Assembly (NCBI GenBank): GCA_038249705.1
Contig: JBBSDC010000004.1
Location: forward strand, 1 to 60,769
Reading direction: 5' to 3'
DNA: 60,769 bases
Source: Bacteroidales bacterium
GTDB lineage: Bacteria > Bacteroidota > Bacteroidia > Bacteroidales > UBA4417
A program made the translations under genes and the position numbers. The notes under the pieces are model-generated. The model was not told the DNA's origin. It saw nothing but the letters and a program-made list of their open reading frames with translations, and searched no databases. Positions 39,838 to 48,255 of this stretch are shown one piece after another. The first letter of the stretch is position 1. Each line of letters starts with the position of its first letter.

Positions 39838-41295
39838 ATGGCAAGAGTTATTGTATTGGGAGCCGGTATTTCCGGACATACAGCTGCACAGATTTTAAAG
39901 CGGAAACTAGGTAAAAATCACGAAGTTGTAGTGATTAGTCCTAACACAAAATACCAGTGGATACCATCGAATATATGGGTAGGTATCGGGCAAATGACTG
40001 CAAAGAATGTTACGTTCGAGCTGGCTCCTGTATATAAAAAGTTAGGCATCGAATATAAACAAGCTAAAGCTACAGCAATTTTCCCGGAGGGTGATGCCTC
40101 ACTTCCGAAACCATTTGTTACCGTTGAATTTACCGGACAAGGCAAAGTTGGCATTACTGAAAAAGTGGAATACGATTACCTTATAAATGCTACCGGTCCG
40201 AAACTCAACTTTGCAGCTACCGAAGGACTCGGTCCCGAAGGCTTCAGCGAATCGGTTTGCACCTACCAACATGCTGGCCATGCCTGGGAGAAATTACAGC
40301 TGTCTCTCGACAAAATGGCGAAAGGCGAAAAACAACGCTTTCTGATCGGTACAGGCCATCCCATGGCTACCTGCCAGGGTGCCGCTTTTGAGTATGCTTT
40401 GAATGTAGCATTCGAAATAAACAAGCGCAAACTCAACGATAAAGCCGAAATAACCTGGATAAGCAACGAATACGAAGTCGGCGATTTCGGGATGGGTGGT
40501 GCCTTTATTAAAAAAGGTGGATACGTGACTTCAACACGCATTTTCACCGAATCCATACTTTCGGAATACGGGATAAAATGGATTAAACGGGCAGGAATCA
40601 CTAAAGTTGAAGAAGGGAAAGCTACCTATCAAACACTTGATGGCGAAACCAATACACAAGAATTTGATTTTGCCATGCTCATTCCGGCGTTTGCCGGTGT
40701 TGGGCTAAAAGCCTTTGGTAATGATGGTTCGGAGATTACTTCTGATTTATTCGCCCCTAATGGTTTTATGAAAGTGGATGCCGATTATCAGGTTAAAGAT
40801 TTCGAAGACTGGTCAGTTGCCGATTGGCCTTCCGTTTATCAAAGCCCTAAATACGACAATGTTTTTGCAGCAGGTATCGCTTTTGCACCACCACACGCCA
40901 TTTCGAAACCGATGACAAATAAGAATGGACTGGCAATATTTCCAACACCTCCGCGAACCGGCATGCCATCAGGTATTATGGGTAAAGTTGTTGCCTTAAA
41001 TATTGCCGAACGGATACTAACCGGACAAACAGAATTTAAACACAAAGCCTCAATGGGTAAAATGGGGGCAGCGTGTATAATTTCGTCAGGCTACGGCTTG
41101 CGCGATGGAATGGCTGCTACCATGACGGTATTCCCGGTCGTTCCCGATTATGAAAAATATCCTCAGTGGGGTCGCGATATAACATATACAATGGGCGAAC
41201 CCGGATTGGCAGGACATTGGATAAAACTGGTACTGCATTTTATGTTTTTATACAAAGCAAAAGCCAGGCCTTTCTGGTGGCTAATACCTGAATAA
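39838..41295 (+). CDS. sqr: Sulfide:quinone oxidoreductase, SqrD (type IV)-like
   Basis: VLGAGISGH FAD motif, QWIPSNIWVG, SVCT, ATCQGAAFEY, PPRTGMPSG, MGAACI, C-terminal PFWWLIPE; start moved to ATG 39838. Confidence 0.85.
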   Translation: MARVIVLGAGISGHTAAQILKRKLGKNHEVVVISPNTKYQWIPSNIWVGIGQMTAKNVTFELAPVYKKLGIEYKQAKATAIFPEGDASLPKPFVTVEFTGQGKVGITEKVEYDYLINATGPKLNFAATEGLGPEGFSESVCTYQHAGHAWEKLQLSLDKMAKGEKQRFLIGTGHPMATCQGAAFEYALNVAFEINKRKLNDKAEITWISNEYEVGDFGMGGAFIKKGGYVTSTRIFTESILSEYGIKWIKRAGITKVEEGKATYQTLDGETNTQEFDFAMLIPAFAGVGLKAFGNDGSEITSDLFAPNGFMKVDADYQVKDFEDWSVADWPSVYQSPKYDNVFAAGIAFAPPHAISKPMTNKNGLAIFPTPPRTGMPSGIMGKVVALNIAERILTGQTEFKHKASMGKMGAACIISSGYGLRDGMAATMTVFPVVPDYEKYPQWGRDITYTMGEPGLAGHWIKLVLHFMFLYKAKARPFWWLIPE

Positions 41296-41436
41296 GTGAA
41301 GTACTGAGAGAAACGGGTATAACGATAAGCAACTGGAAATTCAAACAAAATAGTGATACTCTTTCAATGAGCCGTGATAATATTTTTTATCCCTTTTCCC
41401 AAAAAACCAAACACTAAATCCTAAAACTTTAAAAAA

Positions 41437-41598
41437 ATGATAAAGAAAAATATAGTTAAAGGATATAAAGACGAAGCTTACCCACCGGTTCCAACTGGAG
41501 GAACACGTTTCTGGAGGAAGTTTCTTCCATGGCAGCTCTTCAGATTCTTTGTTCTGAACCTCAAAATAATGCGGATTATCATCGGGGGGCATTCTTAA
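41437..41598 (+). CDS. Uncalled 53-aa protein downstream of sqr
   Basis: MIKKNIVKGYKDEAYPPVPTGGTRFWRKFLPWQLFRFFVLNLKIMRIIIGGHS*; A-rich translation initiation region; amphipathic helix; below the 60-aa ORF cutoff. Confidence 0.72.
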   Translation: MIKKNIVKGYKDEAYPPVPTGGTRFWRKFLPWQLFRFFVLNLKIMRIIIGGHS

Positions 41599-41678
41599 AT
41601 ATTTACGCAAAGGAAATTTAGAAAGCTTCTAAACGCGCTGAAGTGCCTGTGTTTAAAAATTGATGTACATTTGTACAT

Positions 41679-43064
41679 ATGTTACAAGCATTTAAGGCAT
41701 ACATCCGTTCAACAAAATTGTTCCAACATAATGATCGCATTCTGCTGGCAGTCAGTGGCGGTGTCGACTCAGTTGCTATGGTACAGCTGTTCAGGGATGC
41801 CGGTTTTCACTTCGGGATTGCACATTTCAATTTCAAACTCAGAGGTGATGATTCGGAAGGCGATGAAACTTTCGTAAAATCACTTGCAGGATTATCAGGA
41901 GTGCCTTTTTACGTAAAACATTTTGACGCCAAGCAATATGCCACTGAAAAAAAAATTTCCATTCAGATGGCAGCCCGCGACTTACGTTACGCATGGTTTG
42001 ATGAATTGTTAAGCGATAATGGATATGCGTATGTTTCAACGGCACACCATCTCGACGATCAGGCTGAAACATTTTTTATCAATATCCTCAGGGGCGCAGG
42101 AATAAGCGGAATGCACGGAATATTGCCCAAACAAGGGAAAATCATCCGCCCGTTGATGTTCACAACCCGCGAACGGATAATGGAGTACACACTTAAACAC
42201 GGACTGGCCTGGCGTGATGACCGTTCCAATAAAAGCCGCAAATACCTTCGTAATAAGCTCAGGCACGATGTGTTATCCGAACTAAACAAAATCAGTTCGA
42301 AATTCAGTTATAAGCTTAACGAATCCATTTGCCATCTGCGTGATGTCGAAACAATTTATAATTCACACCTGGCTGGCGTTACTGCTGATCTCGTTCAGAA
42401 CACACCCGAAGGAATCCTGATTTCCATCGACTGGGTTTACGAGTACGAACCCCACGAAACCTATCTTTTCGAATTATTGAAACCTTATGGATTTCCATTC
42501 CCTGTAGTAAAAGAGATTGTAAGGTCGCTCGATACCTTTTCAGGAAAAATATTTTATTCGCCTACACACCGGCTTCTCCGCGATCGCGAAAATTTTATCA
42601 TTCAGCCCTTATCGGAGTTAGATACAGAAACACCGGAGGAAAGTACATTATTTATTGAAAAAGGAGTACGCCATATTGAAGAACCCGTTTGCCTTCGTGC
42701 TGATGAAACCGACCAGATCAAGGATTTGCCCATGGGAAAGCCATCCGTAGCATGCCTCGATCTGGAAAAACTGGTTTTCCCTCTTCAATTGCGCAAATGG
42801 AAAAAAGGGGATTGGTTTATGCCACTGGGCCTGAAAGGCAAGAAAAAGTTAAGTGATTTTTTTGTTGACCAAAAAATTTCACTTGCCGATAAAGAAAAAG
42901 TATGGCTCCTTGTTTCGGGTGATGATATTGTGTGGGTAATTGGTAAACGAATTGATAACCGTTACCGTATTACTCCAAAAACAAAAACGGCATTTGTAAT
43001 ATCCTGTAAGGAAGAAAATCCTGAATCTGAAACTTTTTCGTGTGGCTGCAGTTTGTTCGGTTAA
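41679..43064 (+). CDS. tilS: tRNA(Ile)-lysidine synthetase
   Basis: AVSGGVDS PP-loop, ARDLRY, TAHHLDDQAET, IIRPL, RNKLRH, KKKLSDFFVD. Confidence 0.96.
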   Translation: MLQAFKAYIRSTKLFQHNDRILLAVSGGVDSVAMVQLFRDAGFHFGIAHFNFKLRGDDSEGDETFVKSLAGLSGVPFYVKHFDAKQYATEKKISIQMAARDLRYAWFDELLSDNGYAYVSTAHHLDDQAETFFINILRGAGISGMHGILPKQGKIIRPLMFTTRERIMEYTLKHGLAWRDDRSNKSRKYLRNKLRHDVLSELNKISSKFSYKLNESICHLRDVETIYNSHLAGVTADLVQNTPEGILISIDWVYEYEPHETYLFELLKPYGFPFPVVKEIVRSLDTFSGKIFYSPTHRLLRDRENFIIQPLSELDTETPEESTLFIEKGVRHIEEPVCLRADETDQIKDLPMGKPSVACLDLEKLVFPLQLRKWKKGDWFMPLGLKGKKKLSDFFVDQKISLADKEKVWLLVSGDDIVWVIGKRIDNRYRITPKTKTAFVISCKEENPESETFSCGCSLFG

Positions 43065-43355
43065 TTCAAATTGGCGCCATGTGCCTCCATGCTGAGGCCT
43101 GGTTTCCGTTATACCCCAAACTTCGCTTCGCTACAGCCTTCAAAACCCAAATCTTCAAACCTGAACTTCCTGAACATTGAACCTTTTGAACCTTGAACAC
43201 TTCAAACCTCATATTTCTCAATCCTTCCATTATTCTATATCAATAAATTTCTTAATTAATTCTCTTACAAAGCGGTAGCATCATATGTAATTATTTATAA
43301 TTTTGCCATTGGTCACACATGGCTTTACTTAATCTCTCCTAACCCAATTATTACT

Positions 43356-45437
43356 ATGAAGAGAATGACATTAAACGCTTCTAAAGCGCTGATAATTACT
43401 TTTTTACTCAATATATTTTTGGGGGTTACAGCCTTTTCGCAATTGCAGGAGCCGGTAAAATGGTCGTTTAAATCCAATAGGATTAATGATACAATTGCCG
43501 AATTGCAGTTTATCGCAAAAATTGATATGACCTGGCATTTGTATTCTTTGGAAGTACCTCCCGACGGTCCGCGGCCAACCATATTTCTGATTGACAAACC
43601 CAATGGATTCAAGTTGGTTGGCAAAGTTAAAGAGCCTAAACCGAAGGAAGAGTATGATGAGATGTTCGAAATGAATGTCAGATATTTCGCTTCGGAAGCA
43701 ACGTTTACCCAGAAAATAAAAATACAAAGCAACAAACCAATAAAAGTTACCGGCGAGGTTGAGTTTCAGGCCTGTGATGATAAAAGCTGCATTTTCGATG
43801 TTAAACAGTTCAGTTTCGAGTTAGAAGGATCGAAAACCTTTTCTGTTGTAGCTGCTGCTGCAATTCCCGATACAACTCCGGCCGAATCCATTGATACTAT
43901 TGCTACTGCTGCTACTGATACAATTTCGGCAGCAACAAATATGGATGTTACCGGACCTGTACCTGTTAACGACGGTGAAACGCCCTTGTGGATGTTCTTC
44001 CTCATTGCTTTTGGTGCCGGATTAATAGCTATCCTTACTCCCTGCGTTTTCCCGATGATACCCATGACGGTATCCTATTTTATGAAATCAGGCAAACAAG
44101 GCAAAGTGCAGGCTTCTATCTACGGACTTTCAATTATTGCCATTTATACCCTCTTCGGAACGGTGGTTGCTGTGCTTTTTGGCGCTGAATTCAGCAACTG
44201 GATAAGTACACATTGGATTCCGAATGTGTTGTTCTTCCTCATATTTGTAATTTTTTCGGCATCCTTTTTCGGGTATTTCGAAATTACACTGCCTAACTGG
44301 CTGGTAAATAAATCAGTGTCAGCCGAGGACAAAGGCGGAACCATCGGAACGCTGTTTATGGCGCTTACCCTTGTTTTGGTCTCGTTCAGTTGCACCGGTC
44401 CTATTGTAGGAACAATACTGGTCGAATCAGTTGGCGGCCAAATACTTAAACCAATTATCGGGATGCTCGGGTTTTCACTGGCTTTTGCAATTCCGTTCAC
44501 GTTATTCGCATTATTTCCACAGTGGCTTAATAAAATGCCCAAATCAGGTGGCTGGCTCAATACTGTAAAAGTTGTACTTGGATTTATCGAACTGGCATTT
44601 GCACTGAAATTCCTGAATATTCCCGATCAGACCTACCATTGGGGAATCCTCGACCGGGAAATTTATCTCGGATTCTGGATTGTGATATTTACTATGATGG
44701 GATTTTACCTGCTTGGAAAGATCAAATTCCCTCACGACAGCGATTATCCTGTTGTAAGATCATTTCCACGGCTGATGCTGATAGTGGCAACTTTCACTTT
44801 TGTAATTTACCTCATACCCGGTTTGTGGGGTGCGCCGTTAAAAGGTATTTCCGGATGGTTGCCTCCTATGGAAACACAGGATTTTGATGTAACTGCTATT
44901 GTACGCGATAATGCCGGAAGCGGAGGCCCCGAAAACAAAGGCAATATTGCTGAGACGCCGACCTATTTAAATACCGTGCTCAAACTTCCGCTTGGGCTTA
45001 AAGGCTATTTTGATTACGACGAAGCGCTTAAAGCTTCGAAAGCCCTGAAAAAACCTGTTTTCGTTGATTTTACCGGACACGGCTGTACGAATTGCCGTGA
45101 AATGGAATCCCGCGTATGGAGTGATCCTCAGGTACTGAAACGACTGCGCGAAAATTTTGTCCTCGTTGCATTGTACGTTGATGACAAAAAAATTGAGATG
45201 CCGGAAAACGAGTGGTACACCAACAAAAATGGCCGTGAAGTGAAACTGTTAGGCAGGAAAAACACTGAAATCCAAATCGAAAAATTTGGCACCAATGCAC
45301 AACCGTATTATGTAATTCTGGATGGTGAAGGCAATTCACTTGTTCCGGCACATGCTTATGATCTTAATATTGAAACATATATCAAATTCCTCGATGATGG
45401 AGTTGCTGCTTACAATAAAAAGATGGATGTAAAATAA
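43356..45437 (+). CDS. dsbD: Protein-disulfide reductase DsbD family
   Basis: N-domain QACDDKSC; TM domain LTPCVFPMIP and SFSCTGP; thioredoxin domain DFTGHGCTNCR. Confidence 0.92.
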   Translation: MKRMTLNASKALIITFLLNIFLGVTAFSQLQEPVKWSFKSNRINDTIAELQFIAKIDMTWHLYSLEVPPDGPRPTIFLIDKPNGFKLVGKVKEPKPKEEYDEMFEMNVRYFASEATFTQKIKIQSNKPIKVTGEVEFQACDDKSCIFDVKQFSFELEGSKTFSVVAAAAIPDTTPAESIDTIATAATDTISAATNMDVTGPVPVNDGETPLWMFFLIAFGAGLIAILTPCVFPMIPMTVSYFMKSGKQGKVQASIYGLSIIAIYTLFGTVVAVLFGAEFSNWISTHWIPNVLFFLIFVIFSASFFGYFEITLPNWLVNKSVSAEDKGGTIGTLFMALTLVLVSFSCTGPIVGTILVESVGGQILKPIIGMLGFSLAFAIPFTLFALFPQWLNKMPKSGGWLNTVKVVLGFIELAFALKFLNIPDQTYHWGILDREIYLGFWIVIFTMMGFYLLGKIKFPHDSDYPVVRSFPRLMLIVATFTFVIYLIPGLWGAPLKGISGWLPPMETQDFDVTAIVRDNAGSGGPENKGNIAETPTYLNTVLKLPLGLKGYFDYDEALKASKALKKPVFVDFTGHGCTNCREMESRVWSDPQVLKRLRENFVLVALYVDDKKIEMPENEWYTNKNGREVKLLGRKNTEIQIEKFGTNAQPYYVILDGEGNSLVPAHAYDLNIETYIKFLDDGVAAYNKKMDVK

Positions 45438-45458
45438 AATCTATCCTGATTTCTCCCG

Positions 45459-45492
45459 AAAACCGGTTATAACTTTTATAGCCGGTTTTTTT
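45459..45492 (+). terminator. Intrinsic terminator after dsbD
   Basis: AAAACCGGTTATAA-loop-TTATAGCCGGTTTTTTT. Confidence 0.8.
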
Positions 45493-45575
45493 ATTGCATT
45501 GATTTTCAAAATGATAATTAAACCCAATATCTGATTTCTCCGAATACTAAAAAATAAACCAAAAAAGTAAGATTA

Positions 45576-45591
45576 TGGCACGGCCTTTGCA
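45576..45591 (+). promoter_or_regulatory. Sigma54 (RpoN) -24/-12 promoter
   Basis: TGGCACG-GCCT-TTGCA matches the consensus TGGCACG-N4-TTGCW exactly, about 77 nt upstream of the CDS at 45668. Confidence 0.8.
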
Positions 45592-45667
45592 ATTTACTTA
45601 ATAACAAAACATCCGAACCCTCTATTAACAAAGGGTTAAATTAATAACAACACAAAAATTAAATGCC

Positions 45668-47074
45668 ATGAAAACGATATCTCTATTTCTGCTCCTTTCG
45701 ATGGTAACTGTAATGAGTGCACAAGCGCACAAATACACTAACAGGCATAATAATGCCAGGGTAACCATCTCGATTCAGACTTTCTACGATGAACTTTCTC
45801 CTTATGGCGATTGGGTATATACCCCGGAATTCGGCTATGTATGGCGTCCTTATTTTGATTCTCCTGACGCATTCAGGCCATATTCGTCAAACGGTCACTG
45901 GGTTAATACCGATTACGGCTGGACCTGGGTTTCTGACTACCACTGGGGATGGGCTACATTCCATTATGGCCGCTGGTCTTTCGATAACTATTTAGGCTGG
46001 ATGTGGGTTCCAGGCTACGAGTGGGCACCTGCATGGGTAACATGGGGAAACTACGGCGACAATTACGGATGGGCTCCGATGGGACCAAACATTTATGTAA
46101 ACAACTCCAACTGGTTTGCTCCCGATCCTTGGTGGACATTTGTTCCCCGCCGCCACTTCTGCTCAAATAACTGGAATAATTACATCTACGACAGGCCGGT
46201 TCAGGTTACAAACATCACCTACATTACCAATGTGTACACTAATAACAATTACAACTCGAATAACAACTCCTGGTACTATGGCCCACGTGTAAGCGAAGTT
46301 GAAAGATATGGTAACACCAAAGTACGCAGGATGGAAGTAGTAGACAGCCAGAGGGCTGATAATACCGGCATACGCAACGAAAGGCTTAATGTTTACCGCC
46401 CTGAAGTTGATAACAACCGCAGAGATTCCCGCCCGACTGATTACCGCAGTACTGAGCAGGCTCGAAAGGACAGACGCATTCAGCCAACCAATGCCCGCAC
46501 CAATGATCCAGGTGTAAATCGCATCCGCGAAAACAGGACAGAAGTTCGCAGTGCTACTCCGAAAAACGACTCGCGGAATACCATAAACAAACAAACACGT
46601 GTTGAACCAAGGTCAGCAACCCCAACTCAGGTAAACAGATCCACTGATATAAAAAGAGATTCAAAAGCCACAACTCATACAACTCAGATAAATGAATCGC
46701 GCACTGTACCTGTAAACAGGGACATTAAAGCAGAAACCCGTAACGCAACAAAACAATCAAACCCTGTTTATACAGCTCAGCCATCGCAAAGAGCAAGTAA
46801 AGAGTCAACTGAGACAATGAGAAATCCACGGGCAACTGAAAGAGCTAATACCACTGCAAGCCCTGCTAAAGTCGAAAACAGAACAAACAGGCAAACTTCA
46901 ACCACTGCACCGACCCGTGAACAAAAATCGCAGCAAGTAGCACCTGCTGAGCGATCAAGACCTTCAAATTCTGAAACAAAAGCACGAGTACATGAAAATG
47001 TAAAACAGGCATCAAGCAGAGTGGAGACCACCAAAAATGAAAGAAATTCGTCAGCTAATCCTTCTCGCAGGTAA
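45668..47074 (+). CDS. Exported DUF6600-like Trp/Tyr-rich repeat protein with long disordered Arg/Thr/Asn-rich tail
   Basis: Signal peptide; FYDELSPYGDW..YVWRP..GHWVNTDYGWTWVS..WGWATFHYGRW..WMWVPG.EWAPAWVTW; low-complexity C-terminal half. Confidence 0.78.
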   Translation: MKTISLFLLLSMVTVMSAQAHKYTNRHNNARVTISIQTFYDELSPYGDWVYTPEFGYVWRPYFDSPDAFRPYSSNGHWVNTDYGWTWVSDYHWGWATFHYGRWSFDNYLGWMWVPGYEWAPAWVTWGNYGDNYGWAPMGPNIYVNNSNWFAPDPWWTFVPRRHFCSNNWNNYIYDRPVQVTNITYITNVYTNNNYNSNNNSWYYGPRVSEVERYGNTKVRRMEVVDSQRADNTGIRNERLNVYRPEVDNNRRDSRPTDYRSTEQARKDRRIQPTNARTNDPGVNRIRENRTEVRSATPKNDSRNTINKQTRVEPRSATPTQVNRSTDIKRDSKATTHTTQINESRTVPVNRDIKAETRNATKQSNPVYTAQPSQRASKESTETMRNPRATERANTTASPAKVENRTNRQTSTTAPTREQKSQQVAPAERSRPSNSETKARVHENVKQASSRVETTKNERNSSANPSRR

Positions 47075-47096
47075 CTGCATGACTCAAATAACCGAC

Positions 47097-47129
47097 ACGG
47101 TTGCAGGAGAAATCCTGCAACCGTTTTTT
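47097..47129 (+). terminator. Intrinsic terminator
   Basis: ACGGTTGCAGGA-GAAA-TCCTGCAACCGT-TTTTT. Confidence 0.9.
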
Positions 47130-47322
47130 ATGCAGGTTTTCCAACACCTTTGGGAAAAGCGCTCCCTGACTACAAAATGAATTTCCTGCACGGATAACTC
47201 CCATTTTAAATAGTGTCTGCTAAAAAATACATATAATACTTTTAATGAGCTGGTTATATGATTTTATTATTTTTAAAGTGCAAGGGAAATATGCAATCCT
47301 TACAATTTCCATACGTTCAATG

Positions 47323-47490
47323 TTTCGGTGCTCTTCACCTTTTGATCTGTTTTTCGCTATTACTGCAAATAGTATGGTGCTCTGCACCTTTATTTATATC
47401 ATAAAAGCTGCTTAAATAAAGCCACAGAGTGGCGTCATATTTGTAGTCAGCGAAAAGAGTATCGAGATTTAAGGTGCAGAGCACCGAAAT
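47323..47490. repeat. Composite REP-like inverted element with four short hairpin units
   Basis: Outer 19-bp inverted repeat TTTCGGTGCTCT(T/G)CACCTT (18/19 match); inner units GGTGC-TCT-GCACC and GCCAC-AGA-GTGGC. Confidence 0.75.
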
Positions 47491-47650
47491 CTAAAATCCT
47501 TAAAAAATGTTTGAGTTCTCCAGCTGACCCTAATTACAGAATCTTCTTTAAAGATTGTATTTTACATATATTTGTAACGTAATACGCAGAACCCAAGTAC
47601 GGAACATTCTGTAAATTCAGTTAAAATAATTTCACTTTTTAAGTTATCCT

Positions 47651-48145
47651 ATGAGCTGGGGCTACTTGCACATGATAATCAACCACTTCCCTATCGTTGG
47701 CACGATTATCGGAAGCATTTTAGTTATTGTCGGCTTAGTGTTTAAAAATGAAGGAGTTAAAATAAGCGGACTATGTATAATTGTTTTTGCAGCTTTAATG
47801 GCTGTGATTGCTTACCTCACCGGCGACTCAGCCGAAAATGCGGTGCAAAACCTGCCCGAAATAGCCGAAAGCCTTATAAACCGTCACGAAGACATTGCAA
47901 CAATAAGCATGTACCTGATGATTCCGTCAGGTTTATTGGCGGCAATGACACTTTATAGCATCTGGAAAAAGGAAAATTCCGTTGTTTTTCTATTGGTAAT
48001 AACACTAGTGTTTACATTGATCAGTTCAGCAGCAATGGTATTTACAGGATATACCGGCGGACAAATCAGGCATTCTGAATTCAGAAGTGATTCTTCAAAA
48101 CAATATATAATTGATCATCAGAATAATGAAAAATCAAATGAATGA
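47651..48145 (+). CDS. Small four-TM membrane protein, DUF2231-like
   Basis: HMIINHFPI N-terminal motif, central His (NRHE), GGQIRHSE; TATATTTG promoter at 47567-47574. Confidence 0.65.
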   Translation: MSWGYLHMIINHFPIVGTIIGSILVIVGLVFKNEGVKISGLCIIVFAALMAVIAYLTGDSAENAVQNLPEIAESLINRHEDIATISMYLMIPSGLLAAMTLYSIWKKENSVVFLLVITLVFTLISSAAMVFTGYTGGQIRHSEFRSDSSKQYIIDHQNNEKSNE

Positions 48146-48255
48146 AATAGACTTCGTTATACTTACAATTGATTGGATTTCAAAAACCTGATCATATGAG
48201 TACCTGATAACATAACATCAATAGATTCATTATTTCCAATAAAAACAACTGCTCA

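Noticed and set aside
41341-41610. Minus-strand 89-aa ORF
   Set aside because: Antisense shadow of the more protein-like plus-strand ORF 41437-41598
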